Part shown: in pieces, positions 37,156 to 46,230 of the stretch
Position numbering within the stretch: the stretch's first letter is position 1
How the letters are laid out: the number at the start of each line of letters is the position of its first letter
NCBI GenBank assembly: GCA_021787125.1
Contig: JAJYMI010000007.1
Location: 1 to 55,478, forward strand
Origin: Thermoplasmata archaeon
Lineage (GTDB): Archaea > Thermoplasmatota > Thermoplasmata > Thermoplasmatales > GCA-001856825
Direction of reading: 5' to 3'
DNA: 55,478 nucleotides
Program-made: the position numbers and the translations under genes
Notes under the pieces: generated by a model
What the model saw: the letters and a program-made list of their open reading frames with translations, nothing else
Database searches by the model: none
What the model was told of the DNA's origin: nothing

Positions 37156-37215
37156 GCCCTGCACGAAACCTGAAAGATGAGCACTTATTAATATCATAAA
37201 CTTTCATGATGAATT

Positions 37216-38148
37216 ATGGAGTACGTAGACGAAATCAGGTCCCTCGGGAATCAGCTTTCATTTCGAGGAAATATCGAGGTTCCTAGTGAAGTCGATAAGA
37301 TAGTGATAGCTGGGATGGGAGGTTCCGGGATAGCGGGGATGATCTTCAAGGATTGCTATACCAAGAAACCCGTGACACTGGTTAATTCATACAACATTCC
37401 GGATTTTGTCGATTCTAGCACGCTGTTTGTTGCAATAAGTTATTCTGGAAACACGGAGGAAACACTGGAAGCAACCAGAAAGGCGCGGAAACGAGGCGCT
37501 AGGATAAGAGCAATAACGACGGGAGGGAAGCTTGCAGAGATTGTGGAAAATGCAGTAATCATTCCAGACGGTTATCAGCCACGTTCCGCCGTCGGATTCC
37601 TCACCGTCCCTCTTCTAAGAGGTTTTGGATTGGTTGACGATTCTGAAATAGAGATAACTAAGAAATTGCTGTCAGGCTACGACGTATCTGTCGATCCTTA
37701 CAGGAAGTTTGCTGACGAGATGTACTCCAAACAGAAGATTCCTGTCATATTTGGAACTCCTGGGTTCGGCAGCGTCGCTTACAGATGGAAGACACAGTTC
37801 AACGAGAATGCAAAGGTACTGGCATATGCGACATCATTCCCGGAACTGAACCACAACGACACCATGGCCCTTGAAGGTACCTACAGGAAGGAAGAGTTCT
37901 ATTTCTTTGTCCTGACTCATCCATTGCTAGAAAAAGAGATCAGCAATAGGATCAAAATCACTTCAGACCTCTGCAAGATAGAGATTACGAGGGTTGAGGG
38001 AGAGGGTGCCACCCAGTTCTCTAACTTATTTACGCTGATACACAAGGGAGACTACATTTCGTACTATCTGGCGGAAAAGAGGGGAGTGGACCCAAGAAAT
38101 GTTGAGATCATAGAAAAACTCAAGAGAGGACTTAAGGGGTCTGTGTAA
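37216..38148 (+). CDS. Bifunctional phosphoglucose/phosphomannose isomerase (archaeal SIS type)
   Basis: SIS motifs IAGMGGSGIAG and ISYSGNTEETL. 310 aa. Confidence 0.85.
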   Translation: MEYVDEIRSLGNQLSFRGNIEVPSEVDKIVIAGMGGSGIAGMIFKDCYTKKPVTLVNSYNIPDFVDSSTLFVAISYSGNTEETLEATRKARKRGARIRAITTGGKLAEIVENAVIIPDGYQPRSAVGFLTVPLLRGFGLVDDSEIEITKKLLSGYDVSVDPYRKFADEMYSKQKIPVIFGTPGFGSVAYRWKTQFNENAKVLAYATSFPELNHNDTMALEGTYRKEEFYFFVLTHPLLEKEISNRIKITSDLCKIEITRVEGEGATQFSNLFTLIHKGDYISYYLAEKRGVDPRNVEIIEKLKRGLKGSV

Positions 38149-38223
38149 CCGCATTTGTGCAGAAGTGATTCCTAAATCGCTTCGCTATTGCCCCTAGCCT
38201 CTAAACATAATTATTAATATGAA

Positions 38224-38601
38224 GTGTCTTTAGACCATGAAATCGAGATGACGGTTATAAAAAGGGAGGAGCTGGTTACAGCCCTTAACGTTATATTCAA
38301 ACCGTCTGGGATGAACCAAAAGGAAATTGAGGAACTTGCAGACTACGTACTCAGCTTCTTCGGATTTGAAGATACCCTGGTAGACAACATTCTGTCTCAA
38401 CAGGACAGAGATGTCTTCTATACTCTGGAGGAGACCGGAATACTCTCTACGAGCAGCGAAGACATAACACTGATGAAGGGGAAGACCTGGAGAATTCACT
38501 ACTGGCACATCAACGACCTCAAGATCAAGAACATCCTAAGCACTCGAAAGGAAGGGGAAGAGAACATCTACGACAAGATCTTCAAAGAGGAACTCAGATA
38601 G
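38224..38601 (+). CDS. Hypothetical protein
   Basis: 125-aa ORF (GTG start, with an alternative in-frame ATG at 38248). No motif recognised. Confidence 0.55.
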   Translation: MSLDHEIEMTVIKREELVTALNVIFKPSGMNQKEIEELADYVLSFFGFEDTLVDNILSQQDRDVFYTLEETGILSTSSEDITLMKGKTWRIHYWHINDLKIKNILSTRKEGEENIYDKIFKEELR

Positions 38602-38754
38602 AAGTTCAAAACTCTGAGATTGAAGAGCAGCAGCTTGACTACAGTTTTCCGCTGTTGAAATCTACAAAAACACGCCTTCAGCATTCAACGATAAACTCTA
38701 CCTGCTTCCCTCAAACTCCTAACATTATTATAATCACTCACCATTACTCAATTG

Positions 38755-40104
38755 ATGCAAAACGAGGTTCTGAACTTACTCAGGAAGGGCAGGACTATGG
38801 TCATCTCCACAACAGGAGAGACCCTGTGGTCAGCTAAGGTGTTTTATGCACTGGAAGGTGGCCTGGTTTTCCTGGTAGAAAAGGGCAGTCTGACCCTGAG
38901 GAACCTCCAGAAGAGCGACACGGTCGTTTTCACGATAGATTTCGATACTCCAGATCTATTCATACAGGGCGTTGGAAAGGTCACAATACTTGGAGAGCCC
39001 AGAGAATTCCACACGGAGAGAGGAACTCTTTTGTACAAAGTCCCGGAGGACACGCTCTTTGTCAAATCTGGGCACGTGCTCATCGCCAAGCTAATTCCGG
39101 AAAACGTAAGGTTCAGTGATTTCCGTGCTCAACCAAGGAAGACCGACAACAAGTTCAAACCAGAGGAACTCGCAGAAAAAAAGACTTTCAGGTACTGGAG
39201 AGCCTTGCGCCCGTGGTCATTCCAACAGAGCGTGACCTCACTGATCTTTGGCGCGCTTCTTGCGTTCCAGATCAGCTTTTCTTATCGGATAAACCTCTAC
39301 CTTCTACTACTCTCTGCTATTGCACTCATAATGGTTCATGGTGCGTTCAATGCGTACAGCGATTATTTTGATTTCACTCTCAAGACGGATAAACCCGATG
39401 GGATGGGTTCTGCTGGAGCGAGAGTTCTGATAGATCGCATTGTTCCCACGAACAAATTCCTGATATTCACCACAATAGTCTTCGTGATAGGTCTGGCTAT
39501 CGGGGTTTATCTTATAGTACTGAGACCGGTCATAATCCCTTATGTCCTGATCGGCCTGATAGCTGGGCTGGTATATGGCCTTCCAAAATTCGGATGGAAG
39601 AGGATTGCACTAGGGGATCTTGCGGTCTTCCTGGCATTTGGTCCAGGGATATTCCTCGGTTCTCTGGTGCTTCAGGGCGGCCACGTCGGCATTCCCCAGA
39701 TACTCATCGCAATCTCTCTCGGAATGATCATAGTGGCAATACTCCACGGCAACAACTGGAGAGACATCAAGGATGACAAGGAAGCGGGAGTCAGAACTGT
39801 TGCTCTGTACCTCGGGGACAAGGGATCTCTGGTCTACTATGTCGCCCTGATCTGGCTTTCCTACCCGTTATTCATTATCGCAGTCCTGCTCGAGCCTAGA
39901 CTGTTTCCAATCCTGGGGGCACTCCTGACAATACCCTGGGCGGTGAGGCTAACTAGAATCGCAAGCAACGCAAAGAACATGAAGAGAAATCTGCTGGACA
40001 TGCTGACTGCGAACTTCACGTCTCTCCACATATATTTCTCTGTCATCTTCTTGGCCGTATTCCTTGCGGTGATCTACTACTTTCCCTCAATAAACCTTCC
40101 CTAA
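38755..40104 (+). CDS. Fusion protein: PNPOx-like split-barrel domain + UbiA-family aromatic prenyltransferase (MenA/MqnP-like)
   Basis: The N-terminal ~150 aa are soluble and resemble the PNPOx/general-stress-26 fold. The C-terminal ~300 aa have about 8-9 TM helices with NAYSDYFD and RDIKDDKEAGVRT Asp-rich motifs. ATG 38755 lies about 27 nt after the TATA-like TTATTATAAT. Confidence 0.8.
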   Translation: MQNEVLNLLRKGRTMVISTTGETLWSAKVFYALEGGLVFLVEKGSLTLRNLQKSDTVVFTIDFDTPDLFIQGVGKVTILGEPREFHTERGTLLYKVPEDTLFVKSGHVLIAKLIPENVRFSDFRAQPRKTDNKFKPEELAEKKTFRYWRALRPWSFQQSVTSLIFGALLAFQISFSYRINLYLLLLSAIALIMVHGAFNAYSDYFDFTLKTDKPDGMGSAGARVLIDRIVPTNKFLIFTTIVFVIGLAIGVYLIVLRPVIIPYVLIGLIAGLVYGLPKFGWKRIALGDLAVFLAFGPGIFLGSLVLQGGHVGIPQILIAISLGMIIVAILHGNNWRDIKDDKEAGVRTVALYLGDKGSLVYYVALIWLSYPLFIIAVLLEPRLFPILGALLTIPWAVRLTRIASNAKNMKRNLLDMLTANFTSLHIYFSVIFLAVFLAVIYYFPSINLP

Positions 40105-40123
40105 TCCCCGCTTAGAAGAACGG

Positions 40124-40699
40124 TCACGCGCTCAGTGATCTTTGAGCCCTTGACTCAGAAACTAGATTGTTCAGCAGGTCCCGCATGAACTTCTCTGCAT
40201 TCTCGTCAGCAAACTCTCCCTTTTCGTTGATCTTCTTATCGACAAAATTTATGATCACTTCCGGCCTATTTATGATCCTTGCGTCCAGGAAAACGAATGA
40301 TTGTCTGAGATGGTACTGTGCTCTTGCTCCTCCCATCATTCCCGTCGATGAACTCATGATTGCGCCAGTCTTCTTCGCAAACACATTGTTTGGAACCGAA
40401 GCCCAGTCTATGACATTCTTTAAGAAGCCCGGAATGGAATAGTTGTACTCCGGAGTCACGATCAGGAACCCGTCCGTTTCGCTTATGAGCTTCTTGAATT
40501 CTACAACTGGCGGTTGCGGTTCCCTAGCATCGTCAGAGTTGAATACTGGGACTTTGGATATGTCTGCGATCTTGAGTACGGACCCATCTGGCATAAGACT
40601 CGCCGATCTTTCGAGTACCTTTCTACTAAATGACCCCTTCCTTAGACTCCCTCCGAATCCTGCAATAACAATCTTGTCCTCTTTTTTCATTTTCTGCAA
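40124..40699 (-). CDS. NADPH-dependent FMN reductase
   Basis: GGSLRKGSFS and PEYNYSIPGFLKNVIDW motifs. Confidence 0.85.
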   Translation of the reverse strand: MQKMKKEDKIVIAGFGGSLRKGSFSRKVLERSASLMPDGSVLKIADISKVPVFNSDDAREPQPPVVEFKKLISETDGFLIVTPEYNYSIPGFLKNVIDWASVPNNVFAKKTGAIMSSSTGMMGGARAQYHLRQSFVFLDARIINRPEVIINFVDKKINEKGEFADENAEKFMRDLLNNLVSESRAQRSLSA

Positions 40700-40983
40700 T
40701 CTCTTCAGGATAGTTAACCTTCGTCTCTCTCATAGTGACAAAAATTGGGAGATCACATGACAAGGCTCGTTATAAGAGTTCCATAAGATCTACATCTTAC
40801 TCTGGATTTCACAGAAGTCGAACCATTAACCGGAGTTAAGTTCCTTTCGACTATTTAATCATGATAAAATTTAACAAAATATTTAAGAAAGCTTAAATTT
40901 TAATTTTCAGGGAAGATGAAACGGAAGATGACATTAAATAGTGATTACAACACCGCGAGTATGACAAATTTATTTGGACCAAA

Positions 40984-43425
40984 ATGAAAACAGACTCCGC
41001 CTTTGGAAGAATCGGGGACGTGCTCTCTGACGAGACTTCGTTAAGATTACTCGGTATCTTATCCAAGGGACCACAGTTCGTGAAGAACATCGCCATCTTG
41101 ATGGAAAAGCCAGAGTCTCGGATATCGGAAAAAATTTCATCGCTGAGAAAACTTGGAATGATTGATTACCGATGGAAGAGGACCAACGGCAGAAACGTTA
41201 AGGAATACTTTCTTACCACAAAGAAGATAGAGATTTCGTTTTCATCGGGCCGTCCCACGATTTTATTTAAGGGGAAAGATTCTTCTTCGGTAATTCACGT
41301 TCCGGAGTTTATAGATTTCTCACCTCCTAGAGTCAAGAGGTTTGTGGGGAGAAAGAAAGAGTTGACGATTCTGGAGGAGAAATCAAAGGTATTCATTTCC
41401 GGCATTTCGGGGATAGGAAAGACTTCCCTGGTCGCCAGGTATGTTATGAGGACCAATCGACCAGTCTTTTGGCACACGGTGAGAGAGGCCGATTCACTCG
41501 ACTATATGCTCATGAAGATGTCTTCATTTCTAGATAGCATCGGAAGAAACAACCTGAGCAGGATGATAACCATAAACGCTAGCAAGAGAATGATTATGGA
41601 CTACTGCATTTCGGAGCTGCGGAAGACCAAGTCCATAATAGTCATCGACGATTTCCAGTTGTGCAGAGACAAGAATATATCAGGGTTCATAGACGACATA
41701 AGTCTTTCAGAACCTAGTCTGAAAATCGTTCTAATTTCAAAGGGAAACACCCCACCCACCAATGGGTATCACATCATAAATTTGGGCGGTCTATCCTACG
41801 AAGAATCTAGACTGCTTCTTTTGAACTCTGGGAAGAAACACGATGCACAGACCATCTCCTCCCTGGGGGGATATCCTCTGGCCCTCTCCCTCATGGGGAA
41901 GATATCAGAGGAGGAGGTAACAATTGAAACTCTTGCATCGACTCTAGCCGACAAAATAAGAGAAGACCTCAGCAACCCGGAGAGAGAGGTTCTCCTCCTG
42001 GCCGCTGCTTTCCGCGAAGCCTTTACTCCTCAAGAACTAAATTTTGTTATGGAGAGAGAAGCAAGAGGCGAACTGGACGTCCTAGTGTCGAAGGGACTTA
42101 TCTCCTCTCGGGCGAGAACCTACTATGTCCACGAGTTCGTCCGTGATGTTGCCGCCTCACTACAGAGCGACCAGAGGTCGATTCACGAAAGGCTTGGGCA
42201 ATACTATGCTTCCTACCCGAATCCTATGTCAACTATAGAGGCAATTTATCACTTTGGTAAGTCTGGAAACTCCGACTCTCTTGTGAAGCTTATCAAGGAA
42301 AATGCAGCGGTTCTAGCTGACTCGGGCTTTTCCGAGCCCCTTCTCTCCGTCCTTGATTTGCTAGCAAAGAGCAAAAACGATCCTATCGCCAGAGGATGGA
42401 TCCTCTTGTGGATGGCTAAGATAGAACAGATGAAAGGGAATTATTCTCTCGCGGAGGACCTATCAGAAGAGATTATCAGAACATCAGGAGGTCGAGACGA
42501 GGAACTGAACATCAGAGCGAACTTATGGTTGGGTCAGACATTCAATGCTCTTGGAAGGAACGAAGAATCTCTCAAAATCCTTCAAAAGTCCCTGTCTCTC
42601 CTCAAAAGAAAATTTAACAAGGAAGATCTTGAGGCGGACATACTGCTATCTCTTGAGTGGACACTGGCAGATCTGGGAAAGTTGGATCAGGCGCAGTCCG
42701 TCCTTTCTAGAGCAATAGCAATCTATGAGAAAATTGGCGAAAGAAGAAATTACTTTTCGGCCATTTTCTACAGAGGCTATAACAACTATCTCAGGGGTGA
42801 ACTCAGTGACGCAGTCAAGGACATGGAAGATGCCTACTCAGGACTCTTTGAAATGAACCGCATCATCAGTGCTGCTGCATGTTTGTTGCACGTGGCCTTT
42901 GCATTTTGGAGACAAGAAAATTCCAAGAACGCACTTCTAATTCTTAATAAGTCGATTCAAATTTACAGGGACCAGAATGAAGAATTGGGAGAAGAACACC
43001 TGCGACTCTCCCTCTGCTACAGCGCAATCATCAATGCCTTTAGTGGCAAGATCGATAGGGCAGAGAAGAATTTGAGGGAATTAGAGTCCTTCAGAAGAGG
43101 AAAAGATGACTGCTTAGCAGATGTGGGGGAAGGATTGGCGAGAGGAATTATAAATGCACAAAGGAAAAACTGGGCAGTTTCAGACCATAATTTAGCTTTG
43201 GCCGAGAAGGCTGCTGAGATTTATGCTGATCGCTATTTCCTTTGTGAGACCAAGAAATGGAGAGGATGGATGCTGATGAAGAGGGGATCGATCGACGAGG
43301 CGATCAGAAAGTTTGAGGAGCTTAGAGCCGAAGCGTCCAAATTTGGACTCAAAATTTTCGAGGATGACATCGAGAGGTTGATAGCTGGGTCCGAGCTTTC
43401 TCCCACTGTGGAACCCCAATCGTGA
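40984..43425 (+). CDS. wHTH - STAND/AAA NTPase - TPR signal-transduction protein
   Basis: 813 aa. N-terminal ArsR-like winged helix, Walker A GISGIGKTS, Walker B IIVIDDFQ, and an approximately 400-aa C-terminal TPR-like helical repeat region. Confidence 0.85.
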   Translation: MKTDSAFGRIGDVLSDETSLRLLGILSKGPQFVKNIAILMEKPESRISEKISSLRKLGMIDYRWKRTNGRNVKEYFLTTKKIEISFSSGRPTILFKGKDSSSVIHVPEFIDFSPPRVKRFVGRKKELTILEEKSKVFISGISGIGKTSLVARYVMRTNRPVFWHTVREADSLDYMLMKMSSFLDSIGRNNLSRMITINASKRMIMDYCISELRKTKSIIVIDDFQLCRDKNISGFIDDISLSEPSLKIVLISKGNTPPTNGYHIINLGGLSYEESRLLLLNSGKKHDAQTISSLGGYPLALSLMGKISEEEVTIETLASTLADKIREDLSNPEREVLLLAAAFREAFTPQELNFVMEREARGELDVLVSKGLISSRARTYYVHEFVRDVAASLQSDQRSIHERLGQYYASYPNPMSTIEAIYHFGKSGNSDSLVKLIKENAAVLADSGFSEPLLSVLDLLAKSKNDPIARGWILLWMAKIEQMKGNYSLAEDLSEEIIRTSGGRDEELNIRANLWLGQTFNALGRNEESLKILQKSLSLLKRKFNKEDLEADILLSLEWTLADLGKLDQAQSVLSRAIAIYEKIGERRNYFSAIFYRGYNNYLRGELSDAVKDMEDAYSGLFEMNRIISAAACLLHVAFAFWRQENSKNALLILNKSIQIYRDQNEELGEEHLRLSLCYSAIINAFSGKIDRAEKNLRELESFRRGKDDCLADVGEGLARGIINAQRKNWAVSDHNLALAEKAAEIYADRYFLCETKKWRGWMLMKRGSIDEAIRKFEELRAEASKFGLKIFEDDIERLIAGSELSPTVEPQS

Positions 43426-43518
43426 CCAGGCGATCATCCTTCGGTTGAGTAAATGACTCCTTCGGCGCGGATTGCGGGCCCGTGTAGTCAGATTTACCTG
43501 AATATTGTAAAACCACAC

Positions 43519-43547
43519 TTTAAATAGTTTAGACCGTCTAAATTATT
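43519..43547 (+). promoter_or_regulatory. TATA box TTTAAATA plus overlapping 25-nt palindrome (candidate operator) for the beta-helix operon
   Basis: TTTAAATA at 43519-43526 is centred about 27 nt before GTG 43549. AATAgTTTAGAC-C-GTCTAAAtTATT (43523-43547) matches in 11 of 12 arm positions, and the core 7-1-7 is perfect. Confidence 0.4.
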
Positions 43548-43548
43548 C

Positions 43549-44661
43549 GTGAAAATTATAGTTAAAGCAACAACCATTGCCATAGCATTTCTGATGGTTG
43601 GGGGTTTACTGTTTATTACAACAACCAACGGTTCAGCGCAGTCTCCTACCTCAGGCCAAATAGGCATTGGGAATCTGACCGCAAAGGTGATCGCTTACCA
43701 CGGAGAGACAATCACGGGTCAAGTGAATGCCACAGGTTACACCTTCGGAGTGTACATAGGACCAGGAGTAACTGACGTCCTGATATACCACGCTCACGTA
43801 TTCGGAGCAGATGACCATGGTATCTTGGCCGTTGATACAACTGGAGTATCTGTAATGTACAGCAACGTAAGCTATGACGTTCTTCATCCAGTACCTTCAA
43901 TTCTAGACCACAAAGCCATCGGGTTCTACGGAGTGTCCAATTCCTACATTATAGGTAACACGATTACTCACAATGCAGGGGATGGAGGAATCGCAGTATA
44001 CAGCAGTTCCTCATTGGTTCCCACGGGACTTCCGATTCCAAACGTCAACGCAAGCGGGAACGACAACTTCATCGCTGATAACTACGTGGCTGATGATTCC
44101 CAAGGATGCGGAATTGTGGTGGCCGCTTGGGGACCGGGCATGACTGTTGCGAACAACTGGATATTCCAAAACAAGGTTATGGGCGACTTCCTTACTCCCC
44201 ATGGACCGACTGGATTCAGTGTGGGAACGATAGTGGTCGCTGCGGACTTCCCATTCTCGAGTGCTGTGGACAACGTAGTTCTTGACAACACTGTGATAGG
44301 CGGTCTTGAGGACGGAATAATAGTGAACGCCGTGGCACCTGGAGCTGCAGACATCGGAAACGAGATTGCCGGAAACTACGTGCAACAGGGGGCATTCCAG
44401 AGGCTGAACAATCCACCTTTCGATAACGCATCCGATCTTGATCTCGCGCCGGCACCCAACGCGATAGCGATCATAGCGGATATGATTCCTCAGAACAACG
44501 TTCCATCCCCACCAATTGCACAGGGTAACACTGTTGTCGACAACACCATTGCTGACGAATCAATAGGGATTTGGGTGGCCAATGCCCAGGGAGGAGCATA
44601 CATAGGAAACACCTTCGAAAATGTCACAACGAATTTCCAGTCCTTCTATGGTGTGGGATGA
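43549..44661 (+). CDS. Secreted right-handed parallel beta-helix repeat protein (NosD/pectate-lyase-like)
   Basis: N-terminal signal/anchor, then repeated GN.I..N / I.V motifs (IIGNTITHNAGDGGIAVY, VANNWIFQN, LDNTVIGG, VDNTIADESIGIWV). Confidence 0.8.
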   Translation: MKIIVKATTIAIAFLMVGGLLFITTTNGSAQSPTSGQIGIGNLTAKVIAYHGETITGQVNATGYTFGVYIGPGVTDVLIYHAHVFGADDHGILAVDTTGVSVMYSNVSYDVLHPVPSILDHKAIGFYGVSNSYIIGNTITHNAGDGGIAVYSSSSLVPTGLPIPNVNASGNDNFIADNYVADDSQGCGIVVAAWGPGMTVANNWIFQNKVMGDFLTPHGPTGFSVGTIVVAADFPFSSAVDNVVLDNTVIGGLEDGIIVNAVAPGAADIGNEIAGNYVQQGAFQRLNNPPFDNASDLDLAPAPNAIAIIADMIPQNNVPSPPIAQGNTVVDNTIADESIGIWVANAQGGAYIGNTFENVTTNFQSFYGVG

Positions 44662-44861
44662 TTCAGCGAGAGGAGCGAAACACAAACCCTCAAAAGAAGG
44701 GCATGATCCCACGAAAAGGAAATTCTTTAAAGACGGGTATTCCGTCGGAGGAGTACTTCACTCCTCACCTTTCTTATTTAGCTCTTGAGACTTCGTGGAT
44801 AGATCGAATGGAATCAGGTTTTTCTGTTGGCGTTCATTCCAACGAGAGGTCTACGGAATAG
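44658..44861 (+). CDS. Candidate 67-aa micro-ORF bridging beta-helix and membrane-protein genes
   Basis: Its ATG overlaps the upstream stop (ATGA) and its TAG lies 10 nt before the next start, so it fills the 210-nt gap. No homology recognised. Confidence 0.3.
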   Translation: MIQREERNTNPQKKGMIPRKGNSLKTGIPSEEYFTPHLSYLALETSWIDRMESGFSVGVHSNERSTE

Positions 44862-44871
44862 AAGGTAGAGA

Positions 44872-45453
44872 ATGGAGGAGCTAACTCGAGTGAGCGATCT
44901 GCAAGTGTCGTGGAAAAAGATATTGGTGAAGGGACTTCCCATGCTGATTATCCCGGTTGCAATCCTCATCATAATTATTCTTGCGAAGAGCTTCTACTTT
45001 CTCGAGTACTTCCACGTCGTATCAGGCTCGGCCTGGACTGGCATGGATCTCGTGATGGGCATATTCTTTGGCTACATTATGGCAGGTCTACCACCCAAAC
45101 AGAGAACAGAAGTTGCGACCCGTCTTACTCCCGTGATGCTTTTTTTCATGCCATCGATAACCTCTACTACCGTGACCGCCGGTCTATACCTTATACATCC
45201 TCTTGGCATATCCATATCTAACCCTTATTTGATAGTCGTGGGAATAATTGTGATAGCAATGTTCGTGCAGGGACTCGGCATCTTTCTCCCCAATGAACTA
45301 CGGGTCTACCTCGAGATAGTGCATGGAGCCAAGAATGTCGAGAAAATTGTAAGACTGACAATGATAAATTTGCGACTATCTTTGATACAGCTTATCCTCC
45401 AGATTGTGCTAATTCTGTTCATGGCACATTTTGCAACGGGTGTACCATTGTGA
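44872..45453 (+). CDS. Membrane protein, paralog A (HV..G..WTG.D motif; CopD/DUF2269-like?)
   Basis: 193 aa, about 5 TM helices, clearly alignable with the next ORF. Confidence 0.75.
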   Translation: MEELTRVSDLQVSWKKILVKGLPMLIIPVAILIIIILAKSFYFLEYFHVVSGSAWTGMDLVMGIFFGYIMAGLPPKQRTEVATRLTPVMLFFMPSITSTTVTAGLYLIHPLGISISNPYLIVVGIIVIAMFVQGLGIFLPNELRVYLEIVHGAKNVEKIVRLTMINLRLSLIQLILQIVLILFMAHFATGVPL

Positions 45454-45998
45454 CGTGGAACCAGAGACCAAGAGTTGTGGGCAGAATGGGGGTGCTCTCT
45501 GTGCTGGTTCCTCTGATTGCTGTTGTGACTGCTTTGATCATAGGAAATATGCTCGTCCTAGACTATATTCATGTGCTGCTAGGCGCCATTTGGACTGGAG
45601 TAGACGTGTTCTTCGGGGTGATCTTTCGTCTGATATATCGAGACCTGAGTCCAGAGACGAGAATGACGGTAGCCCACCGTGTAATGCCAGCAACTCTCTT
45701 TTTTATGCCAACTGCGTCGATACTCACTCCTCTTGCGGGCTACTTCCTCGCAGTACGTGAAAACATCTGGAATCCATCGAGCAGCATTTTTACATGGATC
45801 ATCATCGTTGCGGTCCTCCTTGTGCTTTCAGGATTCCTCACCGTATTCCTGAACTCACTTCTTATTGCGCGATCTGAAGTGACGGACGATTCGGTCATCA
45901 GGAGAAGACTCTCTTGGATATGCAACGGAGCACTGCTCCAGCTCGCCTTTCAGGTTGTCATATTCAGCCTGATGGCCTACCTTGTTGTCTTTCACTAG
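45450..45998 (+). CDS. Membrane protein, paralog B
   Basis: 182 aa. The GTG start overlaps the paralog A stop (GTGA). Shared motifs are YxHV..G..WTG.D, L.P..R..VA.R and FFMP. Confidence 0.75.
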   Translation: MTWNQRPRVVGRMGVLSVLVPLIAVVTALIIGNMLVLDYIHVLLGAIWTGVDVFFGVIFRLIYRDLSPETRMTVAHRVMPATLFFMPTASILTPLAGYFLAVRENIWNPSSSIFTWIIIVAVLLVLSGFLTVFLNSLLIARSEVTDDSVIRRRLSWICNGALLQLAFQVVIFSLMAYLVVFH

Positions 45999-46126
45999 CT
46001 CAGCACGGACACGAATGGGTTAATTTTAAGACCTGAAAGGTTCCATCTAATTTTTAAGGCGAATCTCTTTGGATTCATGATCCAGTGCTTGGTAGTCTAG
46101 AAAAATCAAGCTTCCTGAAGCCACAG

Positions 46127-46199
46127 TAGCCCCGGGCAGATTCGAACTGCCGTCGTCGGATTCAAAGTCCGAAATGCTTGTCCACTACACCACGGGGCT
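46127..46199 (-). tRNA. tRNA-Gln (UUG)
   Basis: Reverse strand AGCCCCG-TG-GTGT-AGTGGACAA-GCAT-T-TCGGA-CTTTGAA-TCCGA-CGAC-GGCAG-TTCGAAT-CTGCC-CGGGGCT-A. Confidence 0.9.
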
Positions 46200-46230
46200 C
46201 TGACTACTTCATTTAACAGTAGATAAAAAT

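Noticed and set aside
38655-38837. 60-aa plus-strand ORF upstream of and overlapping the UbiA-fusion gene
   Set aside because: It spans the TATA-like element and start of the larger gene in another frame, and its composition is implausible.
40984-43425. STAND protein as an Avs-type antiviral sensor
   Set aside because: No nuclease, protease, TIR or other effector domain is recognisable. The N-terminus is a winged helix, which favours a transcription-regulator reading. The Avs reading is not fully excluded without profile searches.
44571-44657. N-terminal 29 codons of the listed ORF 44571-44861
   Set aside because: This part overlaps the 3' end of the beta-helix gene in another frame. Only the segment from ATG 44658 (ATGA overlap with the stop) is considered as a candidate micro-ORF.
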